From positions 28,891,360-28,955,359 of the forward strand of contig NC_043019.1 in assembly GCF_006345805.1 (NCBI RefSeq): a stretch of 64,000 nt of DNA. Reading direction: 5' to 3'. Shown here piece by piece: positions 53,776 through 63,723 of this stretch. Below the pieces are notes generated by a model. The model was not told the origin of the DNA and made no database searches. It saw only the letters and a list, made by a program, of their open reading frames with translations. The stretch comes from Octopus sinensis. Its lineage: Eukaryota. The stretch's first letter is position 1. Each line of letters starts with the position of its first letter. The position numbers and the translations under genes were made by a program.

Positions 53776-54295
53776 TATATACACACACACACACACCAAT
53801 ACACATATTGTGTTCTGTATCAAATAATGCTTACACTATGCAAAATATATTTTTAATATATTTTTCAGTTTTAACATTGAAGATGATACACACACACACA
53901 CCGCAATTATACTCTTATTGATCTCAGTTTGTTATTTAAAAATACAATATTTTCATGTTACCAAATAATAATCTCATTTATTCTTGTGTGTGTGTACACA
54001 AGTGTGTATGTGTTTATGTGTGGTCATTTATTCAAATCTGGTAGAGTAACTTCTGCTGATTAATGGTTATAAAAAAAATTGAAAAATAATAACAGCACAC
54101 ACACACATATATATATATACACACACATACATACATACATACATACTCATGTTTTGAGTTTTATTTTCCTGTTTGCATCAACAAACCTATATATTTACAA
54201 CAATCTGATGAAATGCACTCTGACCAATGGTGTATAACAACATCTGATAGTGGGGTTGGTATAATGATACATACACACACATATGTGTGTGTGTG

Positions 54296-54347
<52 letters not shown>

Positions 54348-57300
54348 AATGCACCCACCAACAAACACACACACATCATCATGATCATCAAATTTAGCAT
54401 TTGTTTTCCTTGCTGACATGGGTTGGATGGCTTGGTGGCAATTGGCAAGGCCAGGGGCTGCACCAGGTTCCATGGCCTGTTTTTGCATGGTTCCTACATC
54501 TGGATGCCCTTCCTAATGCCAACCACTTTACAGAGTGTACTGGGTGCTTTTTACGTAGCACTTTGGTTTTAGGGTTTCAATTCTGTTGTGGTAGCAGGTC
54601 TTCTTGAGTATAGTCTTGTGTCATCTCCTTCATAAGGCTCAGCATTTTGAGATTGGCCTTCAATACTTCGTCCCATATCTTTATGTATATACATATAGAT
54701 CCCCTAAAACAGATACACACATCCACAAACACACACACAATGCTGGTCACACCACAAGCACAGATTCACATGAATTGGGAGCTTGAGTCATAACAAATCT
54801 TTCAGTAGCTGGTTACACAATCACGGACACTACCCCTATGGATGCATTGCTGCTACTCGTTTGATAGAGCGTGGTGATCCTAACCATTGATAAATATATA
54901 CATGTATAATTATATATAGGGAGAATTCACGAAAACAGGTGGTGTAGACAACTAACAGCTGTATTAGTTCAATGCTCAGGAAGTGAAAAAGTCTTTAACG
55001 TTTTGAGCCTATGCTCTTCCACGGTAAGAATTATATATGTACACATTTATAAATATACGATTACGATATATATATATCCCATCATTTTAGGGGTTGCCTA
55101 CATTATCTAATGTGTCTGACTTTTCTCTAAAAGATGTATGATTTTTGAGAGTGATTTTGCTGCTCTACTGGCAGGTAAACATGTGTTATATGCTTTGACA
55201 GTTATATCTATCATTACATTACAATCAGTAGGAGAAATATCAGGGGAATAGGGAGGATGTTGCAAAATCTCATAATTCAGGCTTTGCAACTTTTGGACCA
55301 AAGCTTGAGGAATGTGAGGACATGTATAGTCATGGAGCAAAATTGAGCCATCTTTATTCACTAGTCTGGGTTGCTTCTTTTTCAAATTCTCATGCATACA
55401 GTCAATTTCTTGTCAATACAATGTTGCTGTTACTGCTTTCCCTTGTTGCAAAAATGAATAACTCCCTTCACAGGCCACCACACAGTGACCACTAACTTTT
55501 AGGGGTACAGTGGTGGGTTTGGGTAGTGTTTGGGTAGGTGACTCTCCTGCATCTAATCACTGTCCTGTTCTCCTGCTGTTGTCACAGAGTTTCCATTTCT
55601 CATCACAAGTAATGATTTGATGCAAATATGGTCTTTTTCCAGTTGAGAAAGTAATAATGAGCACACTTCAAGGTATATGTTTTTTTAAAATCTTGTTCAG
55701 TTCATGTGGAATAAACATCCATTTTCTTGACTTTTCCAATTTTTTTTTTTTACAGGTGTCCAAAAACAGTTGTCCAAGATGTTTGGAGTTCTGATGAAAG
55801 TTTTTGAACCTCTGTTGTCAGATTTTGTTCAACCAAAGCATTTAATCCGTCATACCAAATAACTGATTTTGGCCTACCCGTTGGTTTATTTTCAAGACTA
55901 TCATCTCCTGAACGAGAGCTTTGGAACCAACTCTGAACAGTTCTGGTGTCAACAAAACCATTACCAAAGGCCCGCTTGATATTCTGTAGAGCTTCTGCAG
56001 CAGAGTGACCCAGTTTGTACACATACGAGAAAACCATTCAACATAGTTTGGTTATTATCATTTTCATAAGGTCTGTGGGTACAAATTTTGTATACCGATA
56101 TTGTTGGGAAAGAAAAAGAGTCAAGATTAAATGCAAAGTATACATAATTGAGTTTTTAAATGACTGAAATAGCAAGTAATTAAAAATGCAACATTTCATG
56201 TAAAACAACCTAATAGAACAAGAGATGAGTGTAATGATATTTGAAATCAAAAAATTCTGTATTAAGAAAAGAAACTTACCGACTACTGTTTGGAATAATT
56301 CCCTTTTGTAATTCTTGATTATTTTTGCCAATTTTAATGGCAAGCCATGAACCACTAACTCCTCCGTACAAAGTGTCTTTGATACGTAAAACCTCTCCTC
56401 GTACAAAGGCAAGTTCAGAAGACTCTGTTTGTTCAAAGGTGTAATGGGCCCTAAAATATATAATTTAGAAAAATAGTCACTGCAAAAGGTTGTGAATGGG
56501 AATTAAAGAACTGACAAACACACACACACACATGCAAAAACCCAAATATGATTGATTGTTCAACCAACAAGTTAATCAAATGATTGATTAGTTTGTTGGA
56601 TAGATATTTAATCAATTGACTAATAAATAAAGGAGTGGAATTAAATTGGTGCATGCGTTATTAATATTGGCGAAATGACTCACCTTAGAAAGATAAAATA
56701 TAGAAAAAAACAATGGGAAAAACATAAAAAAATATCAAGTAACCACAACTTGAGAAAATAACTTGCTCTCATGTGTATGCATACATGTAAACTTATGCCT
56801 ATTTTTCCATGTTTAAAGTATATATAATGACAACATGCATTGAGTTGCCTTAACAGCATTATAGCCCCCACCTCACCCTGGACAAATCTGTGTTCTTGGT
56901 TTTATGGTATATATTTATTTATTGACAGCAATCTACAGAATATGTTTATTAGAATTGGGCTCCTTCTGGAGTAAATTGATGAAGTGGACCCTATATTTAT
57001 TGGCAGCAAGCCATAGAATCAGTAGATCAGAATTGAGCCCCCAGACCAATGATGTCCCTGGGCAACTGCTTAATGTGCCCATGCTTTAAGACAACATTAT
57101 ATGTATGTACATACACACAAACACACACATCATCAACATTGTTATAACATCCACTTTCTCATGCTTGCATGGTCTGATGAAAATCTCTTGGGACAGGGGC
57201 TTCTTCCAGTTTCTCTCACAAAGCATTTATCAACCAAGGGCTATAGTAGAAGGCTACATAGCTTCAAGTTCAGTCCCACTGCCCTGTACCTGAGAAGGTT

Positions 57301-57985
57301 CCTTAGCCACACAATCAGGCACATATTTTTTATATATATATAACGGAAAAAAATTTGGAGTCAACATGAAGGGGTATGGCTGGACATTTATTTCCAATCA
57401 CTACAATTGTTTCCATGCACCGTAGTTCTCCAGGCATGCAGGTACTTGATTATGCAACCATTTCCCTGCATTATGAGATCTAGTTGTGTTTCCTCAGCCG
57501 ATATGTAAATATTGCCTCCGTAAACAATTGTGTGGAAACAATTGCAGTGATTGAAAATAAATGTCCAACCGTACACCATCTTGTTTACTCCAAATTTTTC
57601 CAATTATCTATTCACACATGACGGATGCCCAAACGCAAGCCTGGAAGTATGTACAATACTACTACTAGATAGCACACTGTGACACCTGAAGGTGGACGAG
57701 CTTTATACTGTACTCTACTACATTAACAGAATATACCATAACTATATATATATACATACATACAGAGAGATAGAAAGAGCAAAGATTATAAATAACATGA
57801 AGATGAGGTAAACAAAAAAGCAGGATATAGGCTTACACTTAAGATGAATAAGAGGAGTAAAAAAATGGAAAGAAAAAAGCAAGCATGGTTCAATTACACA
57901 GTCACATATATACATACATATACATATATATATATACATATACATATATATATATATATATATATATGTACATATCTATATATTT

Positions 57986-58021
<36 letters not shown>

Positions 58022-59401
58022 CATTATCATCATCGTTTAACGTCCGCTTTCCATGCTAGCATGGGTTGGATGAATGACTGAGGGCTGGCGAACCAGATGG
58101 CTGCACCAGGCTTCGATCTTGATCTGGCAGAATTTCTACAGCTGGATGCCCTTCCTAATGCCAACCACTTTGAGAGCGTAGTGGGTGCTTATATTCCTGG
58201 TGTCTGTCCTACGTGTATGTTTTGTAGTATTTAATACATTTTTCATTTATGGAATAACTGAATGGCACGCATCTCAACTTTTGTTACACACACACACACA
58301 CACATATATATAAAATGGACTTTTCCATTTTCTGTCTGCCAAATTTCACTTGCATAACATTTTTGACTATAACTTGTAGTGAGAGGAGAAGACACCAGCT
58401 GATAGCATCCATGCAGTGCCAATGAACTCTAAACCATGTGATTCCAAGGTGAACTTCTTAACCACAAAATCATGTGTGCATGTATATGTGTGTATGTCTC
58501 TCTCTCTTTCTATACACACACACACACACATGCATATATATATATATATATATCAGCTCCTCTGTCTCATGCACATACGAATTAATAAACAATAAATACA
58601 CACATACATATAAAATACACACATATACAAACACTCACACAATTATATATACATTTACTATATCTTTCTTTGGTTAACACATACATGCACACCACATAGA
58701 ACATACTTGGAATACATTTAAATTTTTATGCCCTCTAATTAGCCGATGAGTTGCAAATTAAAACTAATGATCAACAGTGCAATAAACAGAAACCAAACTC
58801 TCAAAACCAATAAATAAATAAATATGTTGATAAATAAAATAAATAGATAAAAAAATTGTCAATATAACCATGTGTATAATTAAAACATAAATTTGTCTGA
58901 AACTATCTATTCCAGCCATGCCAGCATGGTTTAAAGAAAAACAACAGCAAAACCTCCTAAAAACAACAACACAAGATGTGAACGTGTTAACATAAACAGT
59001 TAAGAAAAAAAAATTTAAATGGCTGCTAAAAGCCTGAATATCTTGAAATAAAAACTCATAATGATAACGAAGGATTTGTAATGAGAGATTATACTGTGCT
59101 TTGATGGGAAAAACATAAAAGTGACTTACTTTACAAAGAATGAATCTCCAGCTTCATGACTCGCCATTATGTGGTCATATTCTTTGGAAAAAAGAAAAAA
59201 AAAATGTTATTTTTTTTAATGTTTTTAATTGCTGACATCAAAAGAGATAAATTTTTCAGTGTTGCTGAAGCAACAAGCAATATTTATAAAAATTAGAATA
59301 AGCAATATATATATATACACACACATACATGTGTGTTTGTGTGTATGTATGTGTGTGTATGTATGTATGTGTGTGTATGTATGTATGCATGTGTATATAT
59401 G

Positions 59402-59465
<64 letters not shown>

Positions 59466-59892
59466 GTGAATCTCAGGTTACTCTGAGTTTCATAATTATC
59501 GCTGATCATGTAACTTATACCTGATAGCTAAGATGCGATATTTATAGCAAAATATGAGCTACTGAACAGAAAGGACTATCTAAACATACACACACACACT
59601 GACAAACAACATGTGTAACAATAACAAAAAGTAGACCTCAATAATGTTGAACAAGAGGACTACATTTGATATATAGTAAAAGCATTCAGTACCCAGAGTT
59701 TCCCAGCAGTATCAGATACATTTTCATTCAGTTTACAGTCACCATTGATCAGCTCACAAATGTCTACTGTAAATTGGATAAAAATATACTAGAGCTTGTC
59801 AGGAAACCTTAGGTACTGGAAGTGAGCATTCCCATACTTGTATTATATATTAATTATATACAAACATATCTAAATTAAAATGGTGTATATCA

Positions 59893-59951
<59 letters not shown>

Positions 59952-60898
59952 ATTACAAATTGAGATAGGGGTTGTGAGTGCAACTCACCATGGGATAACA
60001 TATATCCAATATACTGCTAGTAAAGTACCCAACAAAGTTAATACATAAATGTTAAGAATTGCGATGCAATTAATTCATTTACTGTATTATATGGGCAAAG
60101 GTATTTTGTATCTGCTGCTTAAAATAAAGTATATATATATATACCAAATATATACGTTTTATTTATTATTTTGCACATTATTTAATCATTGTTATATGTT
60201 TTATCTTATATTTAATCTTTCTATAATATGTAATTTTTCTAAATGGTATAATTTAATTTTTCATTATTGAATTGATAAAAGGGTTTTTTTTTTCTAATTT
60301 ATATATATTATATCTTGTGAAATTTTATTTAGTATTCTAAATTGAATTTTTCCCTGTAAGTTTGGAATTATATTCCCTCATATTGTTATATATATATAAC
60401 ATGCACTTAAGGTACACCACTATATCATGAGCAATGCCAAAAAAATATATTGTTAACTTATCTATAATCTTTCAGTAAACTGGTGCAATTAAAAACGAGA
60501 CCAGTAATAATGGAAAATGTACAGAAACAAAAAAACAACAAGAACTTGGCTTTCCTGAATTACCATAACAAACACTGTGTTTTCCAACATACAAGTCATC
60601 AAATATTTTGGACCCAAATACTCAGGCATTATGACTGAATATCTAATTCTACATTAACCAATTTTTTTTTTTTTTTTCCTATTTTAAATGGTAGGTTGTA
60701 AATCAACCATGTAGAAGCTCCTTCCTTGTCTGAAATGATTGGTGATGGTCAGTCAGTTTTTAAATACAATAGATAATGAAAATGATCACTCTTACCTTCC
60801 TTTTTATGTTGAACACTAATGGACACTTGACCATCAACACTCAGCAGATATGTTACCGCTTCTTCTCGCGTCATTCCAGTAATTTCAACATCATTCAC
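5398..60898 (-). CDS. TJP1: Tight junction protein ZO-1 / polychaetoid-like MAGUK; multi-exon gene, 5' exons outside the window
   Basis: 15 GT-AG exons join with matching phases and no stops. Translation shows PDZ3 end ([19 protein letters not shown]), SH3 (GDSFFVKAHY...[13 protein letters not shown]...GIIPN), KFPAYERV, and GUK ([36 protein letters not shown]). These are the ZO-family motifs, in ZO order. Confidence 0.95.
6484..7136. mobile_element. Two piggyBac-type MITEs (6484-6711, 6908-7136)
   Basis: TTAA|CCCTTT...AAGGG|TTAA ends. Confidence 0.7.
8244..8454. mobile_element. piggyBac-type MITE (ttaaccctttagcatt family)
   Basis: TTAA-flanked terminal inverted repeats. Relatives at 14792-15000, 33422-33656 and ~47205-47425; a related TTAA-flanked family at 24247-24437. 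Confidence 0.68.
9240..9725 (+). mobile_element. RTE 3'-UTR/tail-family retroelement
   Basis: Ends ccaacccatgctagcatggaaaacggatgttaaacgatgatgat; closely matches 49420-49950. Confidence 0.75.
10250..10488 (-). CDS. TJP1: ZO-1-like exon, C-terminal region
   Basis: tttacag|ATTTAC...TATCG|gtaagg; [20 protein letters not shown]...[12 protein letters not shown]...LSAKY(R); phase 0 to 2. Confidence 0.85.
11742..11875 (-). CDS. TJP1: ZO-1-like exon, C-terminal region
   Basis: ttctag|ATCAT...CAAAAG|gtttgc; [45 protein letters not shown]; phase 1 to 0. Confidence 0.82.
13079..13279. mobile_element. hAT-type MITE with 8-bp TSD
   Basis: CAGTG...CACTG termini; gtctaagg at 13071-13078 and 13280-13287. 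Confidence 0.8.
13460..13860 (-). mobile_element. SINE family B
   Basis: Reverse-complement match to 39698-40130. Confidence 0.78.
15657..15790. repeat. 134-bp hairpin with ~42-bp arms (probable MITE)
   Basis: acatataaaagggatga...agtggacatccattatgct / agcataatggatgtccact...tcatcccttttatatgt. Confidence 0.75.
15955..16086. mobile_element. Tc1/mariner-type MITE
   Basis: TIRs aggttgtcccaaaagtt / aacttttgggacaacct in a TA context. Confidence 0.65.
16209..16361 (-). CDS. TJP1: ZO-1-like exon, C-terminal region
   Basis: ttttag|ATTAC...GATG|gtaagg; [51 protein letters not shown]; phase 1 to 1. Confidence 0.85.
19201..19551. mobile_element. Penelope-like terminal repeat cluster with inverted 66-bp arms and a mutated minimal hammerhead
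   Basis: 19202-19267 is the reverse complement of 19486-19551. AACAC-CTGATGA-A-GGCTG...CAGCC-AAAA-CGT-T-GTGTT at 19458-19503. Confidence 0.6.
19881..19953 (-). CDS. TJP1: ZO-1-like exon, C-terminal region
   Basis: ttcttag|GAGAAC...GAAG|gtaagc; [24 protein letters not shown]; supplies the phase 0 to 1 change the next exon needs. Confidence 0.8.
20666..20738. repeat. (AAT)n microsatellite just inside the intron after exon 20752-20979
   Basis: Direct reading of the sequence. Confidence 0.9.
20752..20979 (-). CDS. TJP1: ZO-1-like exon, post-GUK (U6-like) region
   Basis: ttttcag|CTGACA...CGAAAA|gtaagt; [27 protein letters not shown]...PSPPNYKRK; phase 0 to 0. Confidence 0.88.
21549..21646 (-). 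CDS. TJP1: ZO-1-like exon, end of GUK domain
   Basis: caacag|GTACAA...AAACCG|gtgtgt; [33 protein letters not shown]; phase 1 to 0. Confidence 0.92.
22497..22707 (-). CDS. TJP1: ZO-1-like exon, GUK domain
   Basis: ctacag|AATAAA...ACAG|gtaatt; [70 protein letters not shown]; phase 0 to 1. Confidence 0.95.
23208..23290 (-). CDS. TJP1: ZO-1-like exon, GUK domain
   Basis: aacag|AGAAAA...ACTCAG|gtaagg; [27 protein letters not shown]; phase 1 to 0. Confidence 0.9.
23556..23935 (+). mobile_element. SINE family B
   Basis: Matches 39698-40130; a partial second 3' half follows at ~23960-24130. Confidence 0.78.
24477..24572 (-). CDS. TJP1: ZO-1-like exon, start of GUK domain
   Basis: tttgcag|TGGGT...CCTC|gtatgt; [31 protein letters not shown]; phase 1 to 1. 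Confidence 0.93.
25440..26130 (-). mobile_element. SINE family B with two tandem family C SINEs inserted in its head
   Basis: Family C copies at ~25705-25880 and ~25880-26110; flanking direct repeat aagcttctta. Confidence 0.7.
27819..27869 (-). CDS. TJP1: ZO-1-like exon, KFPAYERV motif before GUK
   Basis: cttgcag|TTAATC...GATG|gtcagt; [16 protein letters not shown]; phase 1 to 1. Confidence 0.93.
30171..30368. mobile_element. mariner-type MITE
   Basis: Imperfect TIRs gggtgctgaaaagttcttggcttt / aaaaccaggaacttttcactaccc. Confidence 0.55.
33422..33882. mobile_element. Two adjacent piggyBac-type MITEs sharing one TTAA (33653-33656)
   Basis: Junction aaaggTTAAccctttcg between two different MITE families. 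Confidence 0.68.
34250..34830 (-). mobile_element. SINE family B interrupted by a family C SINE (34448-34678)
   Basis: The nested copy is flanked by a 21-bp TSD catacacacacatgtatatat at 34427-34447 and 34679-34699. Confidence 0.75.
35646..36580. repeat. Compound (TA)n/(TATG)-rich microsatellite
   Basis: About 900 bp of interrupted TA repeats. Confidence 0.95.
37691..38086 (-). mobile_element. Non-autonomous Helitron
   Basis: On the minus strand: 5' TC, 3' GC-rich hairpin (CCCGAGCAACGCCGGG) about 10 nt before CTAG, inserted between A and T, no TSD. Confidence 0.75.
38898..39052 (+). repeat. Dispersed repeat next to (TA)n, second copy at ~59957-60100
   Basis: tgagataggggttg...ccatgggataacatatatccaatatactgctag...gggcaaggg is shared by both loci; family not identified. 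Confidence 0.7.
39244..39264 (-). CDS. TJP1: Candidate 21-nt microexon (DKDFKNE)
   Basis: aattgtcttcag|ATAAGGACTTCAAAAACGAAG|gtatct; phase 1 to 1, no stop; donor weaker than the other two. Confidence 0.45.
39698..40130 (+). mobile_element. tRNA-headed SINE, family B, full length
   Basis: ggcgcaggagtggctgtgtggtaag...ggttcagtccc head with A/B-box-like motifs, internal (TA)(TG) tract, ends gaaacaagtaaaagag. Confidence 0.8.
41490..41893 (-). mobile_element. SINE family B
   Basis: Reverse-complement match to 39698-40130. Confidence 0.78.
42356..42473. repeat. 45-bp inverted repeat made of head-to-head degenerate hammerhead-like termini
   Basis: Arms 42356-42400 and 42419-42463 differ at one position; the right arm reads CTGAAGA-GGTCT-AATA-AGACT-GAAA. 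Confidence 0.8.
42742..44995. repeat. Near-identical tandem duplication, ~1.12 kb unit
   Basis: 42751 onward matches 43874 onward (offset 1123); differences are mainly microsatellite and homopolymer length; junctions fall in (TG)n. Confidence 0.92.
45160..45425 (-). mobile_element. tRNA-headed SINE, family D
   Basis: Head ggaggcacatggcctagtggttag on the minus strand; related copies near 5985-6305, 14440-14720, 37385-37560 and 52485-52620. Confidence 0.65.
45719..45766 (+). ncRNA. Type I hammerhead ribozyme, catalytic core intact
   Basis: Stem I AGGCCTG/CAGGTCT (one G.U); CTGATGA at 45726-45732; stem II ATAC-GTAA-GTAT; GAAA at 45745-45748; stem III ATCAC-T-GTGAT; NUH triplet AUA; predicted cleavage after 45759. 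Confidence 0.85.
46195..46241 (+). ncRNA. Second hammerhead copy, core G5 deleted (CTATGA)
   Basis: Identical to 45719-45766 except for a 1-nt deletion in CTGATGA; predicted inactive unless this is a consensus error. Confidence 0.7.
46898..46915 (-). CDS. TJP1: Candidate 18-nt microexon (EPEAVS)
   Basis: ttttgtctcatag|AACCAGAGGCTGTCTCAG|gtatgt; phase 1 to 1, no stop. Confidence 0.6.
47779..47790 (-). CDS. TJP1: Candidate 12-nt microexon (SNEA)
   Basis: Long U-rich tract, then cttgtag|CCAATGAAGCTG|gtaagt; phase 1 to 1, no stop. Confidence 0.65.
49170..50140 (+). mobile_element. RTE 3'-UTR/tail-family retroelement plus a second tail copy
   Basis: Matches 9240-9725. Related tails lie near 1350-1470, 21160-21450, 28070-28345, 32700-32900, 40770-40960, 53325-53575, 54375-54660 and 58020-58190. 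Confidence 0.72.
51055..51286 (-). mobile_element. SINE family C with 17-bp TSD
   Basis: ttaacccatttgataca at 51038-51054 and 51287-51303. Confidence 0.8.
52011..52242 (-). mobile_element. SINE family C with 16-bp TSD
   Basis: caggaaggagaatata at 51995-52010 and 52243-52258. Other family C copies lie near 2990-3175, 10630-10780, 22005-22230, 29080-30010 and 30680-30890. Confidence 0.8.
53142..53290 (-). CDS. TJP1: ZO-1-like exon, U5/hook region
   Basis: ttacag|AGCAGAA...TTCT|gtaagt; [49 protein letters not shown]. The basic stretch and HWDDV resemble invertebrate ZO/Pyd hook regions. Phase 2 to 1. Confidence 0.9.
55100..56040 (-). pseudogene. Decayed mariner (Tc1/mariner) transposase
   Basis: N-terminal HTH ([17 protein letters not shown]...TVQSWF...[13 protein letters not shown]), KKLVVTVWW-type segment, and LLHD...[12 protein letters not shown] catalytic motif; stops and frameshifts between them. 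Confidence 0.88.
56280..56450 (-). CDS. TJP1: ZO-1-like exon, SH3 domain
   Basis: tttag|GGCC...AGTCG|gtaagt; [56 protein letters not shown](R); phase 2 to 2. Confidence 0.93.
57343..57605. mobile_element. Foldback MITE with ~75-bp imperfect TIRs
   Basis: ggaaaaaatttggagtcaacatga...caattgtttcca pairs with the reverse complement of ~57530-57605. Confidence 0.6.
59130..59181 (-). CDS. TJP1: ZO-1-like exon, PDZ3-SH3 linker
   Basis: ccaaag|AATATG...GTAAA|gtaagt; [17 protein letters not shown](K); phase 1 to 2. Confidence 0.9.
60796..60898 (-). CDS. TJP1: ZO-1-like exon, C-terminal half of PDZ3
   Basis: tttag|GTGAAT...GAAG|gtaag; [34 protein letters not shown]; phase 0 to 1. Confidence 0.92.
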
Positions 60899-60924
60899 CT
60901 AAATATATGAAACAAAATGATACC

Positions 60925-61412
60925 ATCATCATCATTGTTTAATGTTTGTTTTCTATACTGGCACGGGTTGGACAGTTTGACATGGAACTGGTCAGCTGGA
61001 AGCTTCCCAGATTCCAGTTGTCTTTTGTGACATGATTTCTATGACTGGATGCTCTTCCTGATGCCGGCAACTTAACAGAGTGTGCTGAGTGCTTTTTATG
61101 TGCCACTGGCACAGGTGTGTGTATGCAGCACCAGCACAGGTGCTTTTAATGTGGCACCAACATCTGAAAGAACCAGCCCGTATGTGCGGAAGACAGCGAT
61201 TTTACTTAATTTGATGCGTCTTATCAAGTACAATTTATCACCACATCTTCTGGTCCCTTGTCATCTCTTCAGTGAGGCCCAGTGTCCAAAGATCCTTTCT
61301 CACCACTTTATCTCACATCTTCCTGGGTCTATCCCTTCCATAAGTACCCTCCACAGTTAGAGCTCGGCACCTCTTTATGCAGCTGTCCTCATCCATATGC
61401 ATCACATGACCA
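60925..61412 (-). mobile_element. 3' end of an RTE-clade LINE (ORF end plus 3' UTR)
   Basis: GHVMHMDEDSCIKRC...GRDRPRK...VVRKDL..LGL with in-frame stops, followed by the shared (GAT)n-ending tail. Confidence 0.8.
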
Positions 61413-63491
61413 TGTGTGTACATACATATGAAATTTACTCCATGGTCATTAGTTCAATAGAATACATTTTGCCAGATTAATGATTATGGATTAAATGTTT
61501 ATCCACATCAGATTTATCTTTGAGTTATTTATTCTCAGTGGGTGACCAGCCATAACTTCTTTGAACTTGCCAACCTCTGGAATATATGCATGTGTGCATG
61601 TGTGTGTGCATGTATGTATACATGTGCATGTGTTTGTGTCTCCTTGTTTTGACATTGTGTGATAGTTGTAAATGATCGTCACTGTTATACAAGCAGTGTC
61701 ATTCATTTGCATTATGCTGCGAGAACATGGTCTGGCCATTGGAAAAATATTACCTTGCTTGGAAACAAGCGAAGGTAGGCAACAGGAAAGTCATCCAGCC
61801 ACAGAAAATCTGCCTCAAAATCTCTATCGGACTCATGCAAGCATGGAAAATTGGACGTTAAAATGATAAAGATGTACATATGTCTATTTATATATATACA
61901 AATATATATAAACATTAAATATATACACACATATACATATCTATACATATATATCCATACATATATATATATACATATATATATATATACATACATATAT
62001 ATATTTATAAATATATATTTATACAAATACATACATACACACACATATATATATATATATATATATGCATATATGCACACACACACACACATGTGCACAC
62101 CAGTACTTAAAGAGATAAGAACTTCCGTATCAAAATGATATTCAGACACACTGTTTACACAGATAGAGAGAAATGGTGTATACAATTTATACAAAAGACT
62201 CAACGTTTTCAATGCAAGTGACAGTAGGGTTGTTGCAATATCGCTAGCAGATCAAAGACATAGGATGTAACAATAATAATAACAACAATACTAATAAGAT
62301 TTATATATATTTCCCCCACGAAGTAATTAATTAGCAATCTATATAACACACTGGCTAATGTAACATTTGAAGAAAAAAGAAAACAAAAAAAAAACCAAAA
62401 AAAAAAACCAAAAGAATTTCACTGTTTTAGCTTTTTCCAATACCATCAGGCAGAAGAGGAAGAATCATCTGGCTATTTTATATGAAATAAGTGAATAAAA
62501 AGATCAAAAGAACAGAATTAAAAAAAATTGTCTGATCGAACTGGTTGTAATGTTTTGATTACATTGTATTGATTGGTTTATTTTGCCATAAGTATGAGGA
62601 GATGGAGGGAAGGGAGTAAAGAGAGTGTAAATGTATCATCTTTAAATGGGGTGAAAAAATTCCTGAAAACCTTAAACAGCAACTAAAACATTTTGGAAAA
62701 ACATACGTTAAACATTACAAAACAAAAAAAAAGAAAAAACTATGAATAAACAATCTTAAATCATCCCCAAGAAAACTCCTTTAAATAATATCAACAAAAA
62801 ATTTCATCAAAAAGAACAAAAAAGTTTCCAGAAAACAACTATCTTTTTTTTTAAAAAAAAATTCCTTAAAAGATATCAAACCCATAAAAAACAACCAGAA
62901 AACCTTGATAATAAAAATTACAAAAGCAAACAATAAAAAAAAAACATTAAAAAATCTCAACTAAAATAACCCATTAAAACAAAAAATATAAAAAACAACC
63001 AGACAAAAAGCCATGTAAACATACCCCCCCACCACCACCATTACTACTAACCAAAGGAAATGAGATCAAACATTTATGAGAAATCAAACCAATGGAATGT
63101 CCTTAAAATATGAGACACAGAACTTTGACATAAACCTATTTGCTTTGTTATCTTCTTCATGGGCCCCGAAGACATGGCTAGAGAAAAATACTACAAAGTG
63201 GGACATGGATAAGTAGCCTGGGTTCTGTAGCATAGGGGAAATACAGAAATGAATTTACACACACAGAAAAGTACCCAGCCTTTCATTTGCAAGCGTCATT
63301 TCAGTTATTTCGACCACTTGTAACTGCTGAACGAAGGAGGTGCATCAGTCGATTGTTGGCTGCATTGTCCTCACCACATTAGTTGATTGTAAGATTGCAT
63401 TGAGTGAATATCTCTAGTCTTTTCTGCAAGATGATGTACTCAGTAATGGAAAGAATGGAGATGGTGGAAGCATATGTGAGAATGCTTTTTA

Positions 63492-63723
63492 AGGCGGCGA
63501 GCTGGCAGAAACGTTAGCATGCCGGGCGAAATGCATAGCCGTATTTCGTCTGCTGTTACGGTCTGAGTTCAAATTCCACCGAGGTCGACTTTGTCTTTCA
63601 TCCTTTCGGGGTCGATAAATCAAGTACCAGTTATGCACTGGGGTTTATGTAATCGACTTAATCCGTTTGTCTGTCCTAGTTTCTCCCCTCTGTGTTTAGC
63701 CCATTGTGGGTAGTAAAGAAATA
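63492..63723 (+). mobile_element. tRNA-headed SINE, family C, with 22-bp TSD
   Basis: ggcggcgagctggcagaaacg...gagttcaaattcc head; ggtggaagcatatgtgagaatg repeated at 63463-63484 and 63724-63745. Confidence 0.82.

Noticed and set aside
56038-56436. 132-aa ORF overlapping the SH3 exon
   Set aside because: Wrong frame; the true exon 56280-56450 reads as SH3 in another frame.
63492-63590. tRNA-like A/B boxes
   Set aside because: SINE heads with conserved bodies and TSDs, not tRNA genes.
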